From assembly GCA_031414455.1 (NCBI GenBank), contig JANNVM010000606.1, positions 1 to 35,439 of the forward strand: a DNA stretch of 35,439 nt. Reading direction: 5' to 3'. Numbering within the stretch: the first letter of the stretch is position 1; each line of letters opens with the position of its first letter. This stretch comes from Verrucomicrobiota bacterium (GTDB lineage: Bacteria > Verrucomicrobiota > Verrucomicrobiia > Verrucomicrobiales > V1-33). Positions 19,833 through 27,325 of the stretch are shown one piece after another. The position numbers and the translations under genes were made by a program. The notes under the pieces are model-generated. The model was given only the letters and a program-made list of their open reading frames with translations, searched no databases and was not told where the DNA came from.

Positions 19833-20399
19833 ATGGCCGGTGAAAACCAGGAAGCCGATGATGTCACCCAAATCCTCCAGGCCATCCGGCTGGGGGATTT
19901 GAGGGCCAGTGGTGAATTGATGCCCGCCATCCACGCGCAGCTCCGCCGCATCGCTGCCGTGAAAATGGCCGGCGAGCACCCCGGCCACACGCTCCAACCG
20001 ACCGCGCTCGTCCACGAGGCATGGCTGCGGCTGGGGGACGGATCGTTTGAAAACCGCGCGCACTTCTTCGGTGCCGCCGCCGAAGCCATGCGCCGCATTC
20101 TTGTGGACCGCGCGCGCCGCAAACAGCGCGCCAAACACGGTGGCGGCCAGGATCACCTCAATCTCGACAGTCTCGAAATCGCCGCCCCCGAAGACAGCGA
20201 CGAACTGCTCGCCGTCCATGACGCCCTGGACCGCCTCGCCGCCCACGACGCCCGCAAGGCCGAACTGGTGAAGCTTCGCTACTTCGCCGGCCTCTCCTTC
20301 GAAGAATGCGCCGCCCTGCTGGGCGTTTCCGTCCCCACCGCCAAACGCGACTCGTCCTTCGCCCGCGCATGGCTGCACAGCGCCATCCGGAATGACTGA
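19833..20399 (+). CDS. ECF sigma factor, TIGR02999/ECF43-like (kinase-associated)
   Basis: HTLQPTALVHEAWLRL, RAHFFGAAAEAMRRILVDRARRK, VKLRYFAGLS, ARAWL. Confidence 0.93.
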   Translation: MAGENQEADDVTQILQAIRLGDLRASGELMPAIHAQLRRIAAVKMAGEHPGHTLQPTALVHEAWLRLGDGSFENRAHFFGAAAEAMRRILVDRARRKQRAKHGGGQDHLNLDSLEIAAPEDSDELLAVHDALDRLAAHDARKAELVKLRYFAGLSFEECAALLGVSVPTAKRDSSFARAWLHSAIRND

Positions 20400-20687
20400 T
20401 ACAAGGCAGGCACTAATGAGTCGCGGTCCGGCAACAGCCAAACGCGAGACATCCGCCAGCGGCGGCCCCGCGCGCCCTTCCCGCCATCCCCGGACCTCCG
20501 CGACGGACTCGATCATCGTTTCGCCCTCATAGTCGATCGTGCCCCGATAGCCTTCCAGCATCAGTTCGGCGAGCGCGTGGGCATCCGAAGTCCGCGGTGC
20601 TCTCAAATCAAGGCCAGGGGATGCCGCAGCCGGATCGCGCGCATCGAAGCCCGTCAAATCGAGGAAGTATTCGTGGCGTTGGGTCAT
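20400..20687 (-). pseudogene. 5' fragment of a GNAT-like acetyltransferase, truncated at the sigma gene stop
   Basis: AGGAGG-N7-ATG at 20687; LRAPRTSDAHALAELMLEGYRGTIDYEGE...SRLAVAGPRLISACLVS, after which the frame continues only as antisense of the sigma gene; no acetyl-CoA-binding motif. Confidence 0.6.
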
Positions 20688-20755
20688 CAAGATTCCTCCT
20701 ACAGGGAATGGCGGTCTGCGGCCACCATGTTCCACAGGAGTTACCACTGCACGAC

Positions 20756-20877
20756 GTAACGCAGTCCGTCCCGGCTGCCGTTCCGCAGGGCCTCCGGCCT
20801 GCATATTGGGCACGCCGCGCAGCCAATTCGGCAGGCGGGACGCACTGCGGAACGGCAGGCCAGAGGCGCTGCGTTAC
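20756..20877. repeat. REP/REPIN-like imperfect inverted repeat
   Basis: Arms 20756-20802 and 20831-20877 share gtaacgcag, ctgccgttccgcag and cctgc in inverted orientation; each arm contains two small gcag...ctgc palindromes. Confidence 0.75.
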
Positions 20878-20927
20878 CTCGCAGCGCTGTCCCGTCCCAC
20901 ATCATGCTTCACATTTCCTGGCTCTGC

Positions 20928-20958
20928 GTGATACGATCCGCCCCGGATTCTCGCATGA
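20928..20958 (+). promoter_or_regulatory. Putative ECF promoter, copy 1 (upstream of the kinase)
   Basis: GTGATAC-N15-CTCGCATGA, same spacing as the copies at 24818 and 25719. Confidence 0.65.
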
Positions 20959-20982
20959 TGGGAGACGACCATCCACCAGCCC

Positions 20983-23900
20983 ATGAACTCCGAAGAAGAA
21001 CTCTTTGAGCACGCCGCCGCCCTGCCGCAGGCGGAACGCGCGGCGTATCTCGACTCCGCCTGCGCCGGCCAGCCGGAACTGCGCGGGCGCATCGATTCGC
21101 TGCTGCGTTCGCATGAGGTCACCGGATTCATGGAAGGCCACACCGTGGTGCTGCCGGGGCCGCCGGCGGAACAGACAGGCGAGCGCATCGAGCGCTACCG
21201 GCTGCTCCAGCAAATCGGTGAGGGCGGATTCGGCACCGTCTGGATGGCGGAACAGGTCGAGCCGGTGACCCGCCGCGTGGCACTCAAGATCATCAAGGCC
21301 GGCATGGACACGAAGGAAGTCATCGCCCGCTTCGAAGCCGAACGCCAGGCGCTGGCGATGATGGATCATCCCAACATCGCGCGGGTCTTCGACGCCGGCG
21401 CGACCGACAAGGGCCGGCCGTTCTTCGTCATGGAACTGGTGAAGGGCATTCCCATCACGCGCTTCTGCGACGAGCAGCAGTTCACCATGCGCCAGCGGCT
21501 GGAGTTGTTTGGGGACGTCTGCTCCGCCATCAATCACGCCCACCAGAAAGGCATCATCCACCGCGACATCAAGCCGTCCAATGTCATGGTCACCCTCAAC
21601 GCCGACCGGCCCGTGGTGAAGGTCATTGATTTCGGCATCGCCAAAGCCACCCAGGGCAAACTCACCGACCGCACGGTCTTCACGCGCTTCGAGCAGTTCC
21701 TCGGCACGCCCGCCTACATGAGCCCGGAACAGGCTGCGATCAGCGAACTGGACATAGACACCCGCAGCGACATCTACGCCCTCGGCGTTCTGCTCTACGA
21801 ACTGCTCACCGGAACGCCGCCCTTCGATGCCAATACCCTCGTCTCCGCCGGCTACGAGGAAATGCGCCGCATCATCCGCGAAGTCGAGCCGCCCAAACCA
21901 AGCACCTGTCTCAAACAGTTGCTCACAGCATCCACAGCCGACGGAGCCTCTGCCAAATCTCAAATCTTAAATCATAAATCTCAAATCCCTGCTGACCTCG
22001 ACTGGATCGTGATGAAGGCCCTCGAAAAGGACCGCACCCGCCGCTACGAGACGGCGAACGGCCTCGCCTTGGATATTCAGCGGTTCCTTTCGGACGAGCC
22101 GGTGAGAGCGGGGCCGCCCAATGCCGCCTACAAGCTCAGGAAGTTCGCCCGGCGCAACAGGGTGGTCCTGCGCGTGACCGCAGGGATTGCGGCGGTGCTC
22201 ATCGCCGCAACGGTTGTCAGCGCCTGGCAGGCGGTGCGCGCAGGGCGCGCCGAGGCAAAGGCGATACAGAAGGCGCTCGACGAGTCGGTGGCCCGTGCGG
22301 AAGCCGAAACGGCACGCCGGGAAGCCGAGAACATTAAGAACTTCCTCCTTGGCGTCTTTGCGAGTCCCGATCCGGCGCGGCAGGGGGCCAGCATCACTGT
22401 CGCCGAATCCCTCACCCTCGCGCTTCAGAAAATGAGAAGCGAACTCGCTGGCCAACCGGAACAGCGGTTTGTTCTGCAAAGTTCCATTGCATGGACTTTG
22501 CATACCCTTGGCTACACGAATTTTGTCATTCCCTACGCTGAAGAGACGCGCGATTACTTCGTTGCGGCTCGTCCTCCGGAACACCTCGACGCGCTGAGGG
22601 CGAAGCATAGCGTGGCGATTTTCTATATTGTGGCAGGGCGGACGGAGGAGGCAACGGCTCTTTTCGAAGAGTTATACTCGATTGAACAACGGACGCTGCC
22701 GCCCGAGCATTCTGAGTATCTGGAGTTGCTCCAGACGATGGCCAACCTGTCGGTGTGTTACCAGGCATTGAACCGGAAACCTGAGGCGCTCGCCGTGCAT
22801 AGAAAAGCCATGGATATCTGTCGTTCAAAATACCCTGACGAGCACTTCGCGACAGTCAGAGCCAAGGAAGGCCTGGCTACATCGTACTATTCGACGGAGC
22901 AATGGGACGAGGCGCTGAAGCTGCGGAATGAAGTGCTGGCACACCGCCGCAAGACCTTCAAAGCCGGGAATCCCGGTCCATTGCTGGTTGCGCTGGAAAA
23001 CACAGCCCAGTCGCTCAACACCGCCGGAAGAAAGGATGAGGCTTCCGCGTTAAGGACTGAGGCGGAAAAGGTTCGGCAGTCCCCGCCGGAAGCTACTGCT
23101 CACAATCTTTTGGGAATGGATCCCAAAAAAGCGAAGCAGCGGATAACAGCAGCGTTGGCCGCACGGCGATTCGATCAAGCGATTGAGACATGCCGTGAAC
23201 TCGTCAAACTACAATCCGGGCAGGCCTTCCCCGCGGATGATGATGCTGAGCCGGAAGCGTGGCTGGCGAATGCTCTCCTTCTTCGTGCCGCAGAGGCCCG
23301 CAAGGGTAGGGAGGATAACGACGCTGCCACGCTCTCCCGCGAGGCGGATGAACTGATTCGGGGGCTGCTCACCTGCAAAACCTCCCTGAATGTAGCTGGA
23401 GCCAGGGTGGATCTTTTTTGCCGTTACGGTCACTGGCAGGAAGCCGCGGCGTTTTGCCGTGCCTTTTGCGAGCAGTTTCCGGGTAACCCGTGGCCGGCTT
23501 TCCGGCTCGGCCCTCTCCTGATTGAAACAGGTGAAACCGCGGCCTTTGAAACGCTCTGTCGGAAAATCCTGCATCCGATTTCCTCATCGAAATTGGAGAA
23601 CCTGAAACCATTGTTGGATTCGCTGGTGGCGGAATTCAAGGGACACGGACCGGACGTGCTGGCGAAAACCGTCTGTCTCCGGCCGGTAAATGAGGCAGAC
23701 CTTCATTGGGTTGTCGTGCTCTCCGAGAAGGCGGTGACGCTGCAAAATGAGCGTTATCGGAACTGGTATGTCATGACCCGGGGCCTCGTAGCCTGCCGGG
23801 CGGGAAAATACTCCGATGCGATTGCGTCGGTGGAACCGGTTCTCCCCCACCTGCCGCCCGTGGCACAAGCGACCAGCCAGGCAATACTGGCCATGGCCCG

Positions 23901-24075
23901 ACACGGAATGAAAGAGGCAGACGCCGCCCACACGGCATGGGAACTAGGCGACCAATTGCTCAAAGCGAACTGGTTCTCGGAGACCCGCATCGCCCTCGAC
24001 GGTAATCCCCACGACGGGCTGATCGCGCACATCCTTTTGCGGGAAGCGAAGGCCCTGCTCGAAGCCGGCAAATGA
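20983..24075 (+). CDS. Hanks-type Ser/Thr kinase with TM helix and C-terminal TPR region
   Basis: GEGGFGTV, VALK, HRDIKPSN, DFG, GTPAYMSPE; TM after RKFARRNR; TPR-like helices. Confidence 0.95.
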   Translation: MNSEEELFEHAAALPQAERAAYLDSACAGQPELRGRIDSLLRSHEVTGFMEGHTVVLPGPPAEQTGERIERYRLLQQIGEGGFGTVWMAEQVEPVTRRVALKIIKAGMDTKEVIARFEAERQALAMMDHPNIARVFDAGATDKGRPFFVMELVKGIPITRFCDEQQFTMRQRLELFGDVCSAINHAHQKGIIHRDIKPSNVMVTLNADRPVVKVIDFGIAKATQGKLTDRTVFTRFEQFLGTPAYMSPEQAAISELDIDTRSDIYALGVLLYELLTGTPPFDANTLVSAGYEEMRRIIREVEPPKPSTCLKQLLTASTADGASAKSQILNHKSQIPADLDWIVMKALEKDRTRRYETANGLALDIQRFLSDEPVRAGPPNAAYKLRKFARRNRVVLRVTAGIAAVLIAATVVSAWQAVRAGRAEAKAIQKALDESVARAEAETARREAENIKNFLLGVFASPDPARQGASITVAESLTLALQKMRSELAGQPEQRFVLQSSIAWTLHTLGYTNFVIPYAEETRDYFVAARPPEHLDALRAKHSVAIFYIVAGRTEEATALFEELYSIEQRTLPPEHSEYLELLQTMANLSVCYQALNRKPEALAVHRKAMDICRSKYPDEHFATVRAKEGLATSYYSTEQWDEALKLRNEVLAHRRKTFKAGNPGPLLVALENTAQSLNTAGRKDEASALRTEAEKVRQSPPEATAHNLLGMDPKKAKQRITAALAARRFDQAIETCRELVKLQSGQAFPADDDAEPEAWLANALLLRAAEARKGREDNDAATLSREADELIRGLLTCKTSLNVAGARVDLFCRYGHWQEAAAFCRAFCEQFPGNPWPAFRLGPLLIETGETAAFETLCRKILHPISSSKLENLKPLLDSLVAEFKGHGPDVLAKTVCLRPVNEADLHWVVVLSEKAVTLQNERYRNWYVMTRGLVACRAGKYSDAIASVEPVLPHLPPVAQATSQAILAMARHGMKEADAAHTAWELGDQLLKANWFSETRIALDGNPHDGLIAHILLREAKALLEAGK
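21954..21988 (+). repeat. 5x YAAATCH heptamer inside the kinase CDS
   Basis: caaatct-caaatct-taaatca-taaatct-caaatcc, translated KSQILNHKSQI. Confidence 0.85.
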
Positions 24076-24617
24076 CTGCCGCCATCCACACAGCCCGCCT
24101 TGATTTGAATCCCATGACGCCACCGGTCATCCGGGCGCTTCTGGCGGGGGATCATGGGGAGGCGGGGCGATTGCTGAGTGTTTGTTGGCCGGCGGATTGC
24201 GAGGTTCACCGTGATGCTCTGGAGATGCGTCTGGGGCAGTTGGAGGCGGACCCAGGGCTGCAACCCTGGTTGTTGCGGGCGATGGTGCTGCGGGAGGAGG
24301 GGGCCGTCGTCGGTCACATTGGATTTCACGCGGCACCGGGGCATGAGTGCCTTGCGGAACTGGCGCCGGGCGGGGTGGAGTTTGGCTACGGGGTAATGGA
24401 ATCCTATCGCCGGCGCGGTTTGGCGACGGAGGCGATCGAGGCCCTGATGCGCTGGGCGCGGGAGGTGCATGGCGTGGAGCGATTCGTGGTGAGCATCAGT
24501 CCGGAGAACGGGCCGTCGCTGGCGCTGGCGGCGAAGCTGGGGTTCCGGAAGATTGGATCGCACATGGATGAATTCGACGGGCCGGAGGATATTTTTGAGA
24601 GGGTGTTGGGAGATTGA
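24072..24617 (+). CDS. GNAT acetyltransferase, RimJ/RimL-like
   Basis: IHTARLDL, VGHIGFH, VEFGYGV...YRRRGLATEA, NGPSLALAAKLGF; ATGA overlap with the kinase stop. Confidence 0.9.
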   Translation: MTAAIHTARLDLNPMTPPVIRALLAGDHGEAGRLLSVCWPADCEVHRDALEMRLGQLEADPGLQPWLLRAMVLREEGAVVGHIGFHAAPGHECLAELAPGGVEFGYGVMESYRRRGLATEAIEALMRWAREVHGVERFVVSISPENGPSLALAAKLGFRKIGSHMDEFDGPEDIFERVLGD

Positions 24618-24663
24618 ACAGGAGAGAACGGAGGGCTTGAGGTATAATTCAGTGAAGATGCAA

Positions 24664-24760
24664 GGTGCCCGGTGCCCGGTGCTCGGTGCTCGGTGCTCGG
24701 TGCCCGGTGCCCGGTGGTCGGCAGCTGCCTTCTGACACCGCGAACCGAAAACCGAGAACC
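24664..24760. repeat. Heptamer array 8x GGTGCYC-like with an inverted partner array
   Basis: 24664-24719 ggtgccc x2, ggtgctc x3, ggtgccc x2, ggtggtc; 24733-24760 reverse-complements to ggttctc-ggttttc-ggttcgc-ggtgtca. Confidence 0.85.
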
Positions 24761-24817
24761 AGCCCCCGGCTCGCCTCTGCTTCCTCCGCGGCCTCCTGTG
24801 AAAAATATCTTCCCCCG

Positions 24818-24848
24818 GTGATCCGATTGGCGGCCGGAACTCGCATGA
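24818..24848 (+). promoter_or_regulatory. Putative ECF promoter, copy 2
   Basis: GTGATCC-N15-CTCGCATGA, preceded by the A/T tract aaaaatatctt. Confidence 0.65.
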
Positions 24849-24856
24849 GGGGGCGC

Positions 24857-25135
24857 ATGAATCCTCCTGATGCGCATACATTGGAAGCCAACCTCTGCGA
24901 AGGCGGAGTGCTGCTGCATTACCGGCTGGGGGTGGCGGACAGCATCCGGCTGTTGTGCCGGCGCGGGCCGGAGCGGGAGTATGCGATGCTGGCGGAGGAT
25001 GAACCGGCGCCGGTGACAGACTGCCGCCCCAAGCTCGACCCCGACCGTCCCGAGACGCGCTACTACCGCGCCATCCTGAGCTACGCCAATGCCATGTGTC
25101 AGTTCACGAACGAGATCGTGGTGACGGTGCCGTGA
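24857..25135 (+). CDS. Small hypothetical protein (92 aa), probably a beta-sandwich/FN3-like domain
   Basis: Protein-like beta-rich sequence GGVLLHY...IRLLCRRG...DCRPKL...PETRYYRAIL...EIVVTVP; directly follows promoter copy 2. Start 24857 or 24845. Confidence 0.55.
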   Translation: MNPPDAHTLEANLCEGGVLLHYRLGVADSIRLLCRRGPEREYAMLAEDEPAPVTDCRPKLDPDRPETRYYRAILSYANAMCQFTNEIVVTVP

Positions 25136-25137
25136 GT

Positions 25138-25696
25138 GGAAAGGAGTGTCCGCAGATTACGCAGATTTTCGCAGAGGCTAATTCCAATGAGCGTTCAAGA
25201 TGAACCGCATCACGCAGCCCAACGGGCTGAAATGAGAAAGCCCGGGGCCGCGCCCTGAGCCTTATACGGAAGTCGCCGTGACCGCCGAGAGTGGCGCGGA
25301 GCCTTTATAACCAGGTGGGGCGAGGCTGTGCCCGAGCCGACTTCCTGCGGGCCGGCGCCTTAGCGCCGGGCGGCGCGGAGCGGGTGTTGGCACCAGTGGA
25401 AGCGCCCGGGGCGAGAGCCATGACGCGGCGCTTTGCCCGCAGAGAAAGCGAAATGGGGTGGCTCTCGCCCTGCAAGTTCTGCGTGACGACCGCGAGGCTC
25501 CGCGCCCCCTCCGCCCACGGAAATCAGGGCTCGGGCGCAGCCTCGCCCCACCTGGTTTTGATGGGCCTCCGGCCCGGAATCGTCGCTCACGGACTTTCGT
25601 ATAAGGCTCAGGGCGATGCCCCGGGCTCTCTCATGGTGCCCCTTTGGGGCACGGGCACTGCGGAAATCTGCGTAATCTGCGGACTCAATCCTTTCC
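25138..25696. repeat. Composite nested inverted-repeat element (~560 nt)
   Basis: Arm pairs: 25138-25174/25658-25696; 25232-25288/25580-25634; 25309-25338/25528-25557 (29/30); 25372-25381/25497-25506 (10/10); 25409-25420/25459-25470 (12/12); 25429-25434/25445-25450 (6/6). Confidence 0.9.
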
Positions 25697-25718
25697 CGCA
25701 AAATTATTTTTCACCCGC

Positions 25719-25749
25719 ATGATCCTCCGCGGCGCGGAAACTCGCATGA
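25719..25749 (+). promoter_or_regulatory. Putative ECF promoter, copy 3
   Basis: ATGATCC-N15-CTCGCATGA, preceded by the A/T tract aaaattattttt. Confidence 0.65.
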
Positions 25750-25801
25750 GGGAGCGGACCGGGCATTCTTCCGGCTCCGCAAACAAACACAACACTACCA
25801 A

Positions 25802-27157
25802 ATGAAAACACCTCAAGCCCATCGCGGGTTCCGCGCCACCGAGCGCCGGACCTGTTCTCCAAAGAAATCACTGCTGCTCACTGCCGCGGTGCTGCTGTTG
25901 CCGGCAGCGGACCTCACGGCGCAGGCCACCACGTTCGACGTGAACCTGCAGTCCGAGCAGTTCAACCTCTACACCGATCCCTACAACGGGAACGAGATCA
26001 AAGTCGGAGGCTTCTCCGGCCTGTATCCGGTGCCCGGCAAGCCGGGGTCCTTCTATGCGATCACCGACCGCGGACCGACGCCGGACTTTAAGGGCAGCGA
26101 CGGCAAAATCCTCAAGACCTGGGCTGTCCCCGGATTCGGGCCGCACCTGATCACGGTGCGTCTGATGCCCAACGGCACCGCAAAAATCGATGAGGTCAAG
26201 CCGCTCAAACGCCCCAACGGCGGCCACATCACCGGCCTGCCAACCACCAAACCGGCGACTGACATTCCCTACGACTTCAATTTGAATGTCCTGCCTTTTG
26301 ATGAGGACTCCCTCGACGCCGAGGGCATCACGATTGACCCGTGGGGCAACTTCTGGGTCTGCGAGGAATACAAGCCGAGCGTGGCCATGATCGCACCTAA
26401 CGGAAAGGTGCAGATGCGCCTGGTGCCGGCCGGCACGGTGGTGGGCACGGAGGAGGTGCCGACCTATCCGGTGCTGCCTGCAGTCCTGTCCAAACGCCGC
26501 AGCAATCGCGGATTTGAAGGCATCACGGTGTCGGCAGACGGCATCCTCTACGCCATTGTGCAGCGGCCGCTGAACAATCCGAACCGCGCCGCGGCTGACG
26601 CCAATGGCAATGTCCGGCTGGTGGCGATTGATCTCAACACGCTGGGCGGGGCTCCCGTGATCCGGCAGTATCTCTATCAGGTGCCGCCTATCATTCCGAT
26701 CACCCAGCCCCTCAGCATGACGTTAAGTGACCTGTTCTCCACGGGGCCGGGCAGGATGCTGGTGCCGGAACGCGCGACCGACAAACTGTTCGAGATCGAT
26801 GTGACCCATGCCACTGACATCACTCCGTTTGAAGATGGCACAGGGAAGCTGAAAGCTCCGCTCTCCGCCACCAAGACGACGATTGAGCAACTGACTCCCG
26901 CCGACCTCACTCTGCTCGGCATCGTGCCGGTGAGTAAAACAGTCGTGATTGATTCGCTCACGGCGATCAGTCCGCTCCTTGAGAAGGTCGAGGGGGTCTG
27001 CAAGATCGGTAACACGATCTACCTGACGTACGACAACGACTTCAATGTCGCGGAGGCCGGCAGCACTCCTGCCAATCCCAATCCCAACGGGCCATTCGTC
27101 CAACTTGAATTGCTTGGCGCGAATTACCCGAAGATTTGGGCCGTGCAGGTGCCGTGA
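25802..27157 (+). CDS. Secreted esterase-like activity of phytase family protein (beta-propeller)
   Basis: Signal peptide; GGFSGL, AITDRGP, LDAEGI, FWVCEEYKP, RRSNRGFEGI, EKVEG, DNDF. Confidence 0.88.
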   Translation: MKTPQAHRGFRATERRTCSPKKSLLLTAAVLLLPAADLTAQATTFDVNLQSEQFNLYTDPYNGNEIKVGGFSGLYPVPGKPGSFYAITDRGPTPDFKGSDGKILKTWAVPGFGPHLITVRLMPNGTAKIDEVKPLKRPNGGHITGLPTTKPATDIPYDFNLNVLPFDEDSLDAEGITIDPWGNFWVCEEYKPSVAMIAPNGKVQMRLVPAGTVVGTEEVPTYPVLPAVLSKRRSNRGFEGITVSADGILYAIVQRPLNNPNRAAADANGNVRLVAIDLNTLGGAPVIRQYLYQVPPIIPITQPLSMTLSDLFSTGPGRMLVPERATDKLFEIDVTHATDITPFEDGTGKLKAPLSATKTTIEQLTPADLTLLGIVPVSKTVVIDSLTAISPLLEKVEGVCKIGNTIYLTYDNDFNVAEAGSTPANPNPNGPFVQLELLGANYPKIWAVQVP

Positions 27158-27176
27158 ACTGATCCCCGGGGAAGCA

Positions 27177-27210
27177 CAGAGCCACTGCCGCGGGGGCGGC
27201 AGTGGCTTTG
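27177..27210. terminator. Hairpin between convergent genes, probable terminator
   Basis: agccactgccgc-gggg-gcggcagtggct: perfect 12-bp stem about 20 nt after the stop; only a short U tail. Confidence 0.55.
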
Positions 27211-27325
27211 CCTGGGGAGGAGCGCGGATTCCCAATGCAGCCAGTTCCAGCGGCGCGGCGCGGAAGTCATCCGTTTCGTTTCTGATTACGCCGCGAGAGT
27301 GCGTGGGGGAGTTCCTCTCTCCCCG

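Noticed and set aside
19596-20813. 405-aa minus-strand ORF as a real full-length gene
   Set aside because: Only 20400-20687 is protein-like; the rest is a REP element and antisense of the sigma and ABC genes.
24664-24760. Heptamer arrays as a CRISPR array, or as the start of a 156-aa ORF
   Set aside because: Units are 7 nt with no unique spacers and no cas genes; the translated repeat is low-complexity.
25291-25722. ORFs 25291-25722 (+) and 25360-25701 (-)
   Set aside because: Lie almost wholly within the palindromic element and mirror each other (NQVGRGCARA appears on both strands).
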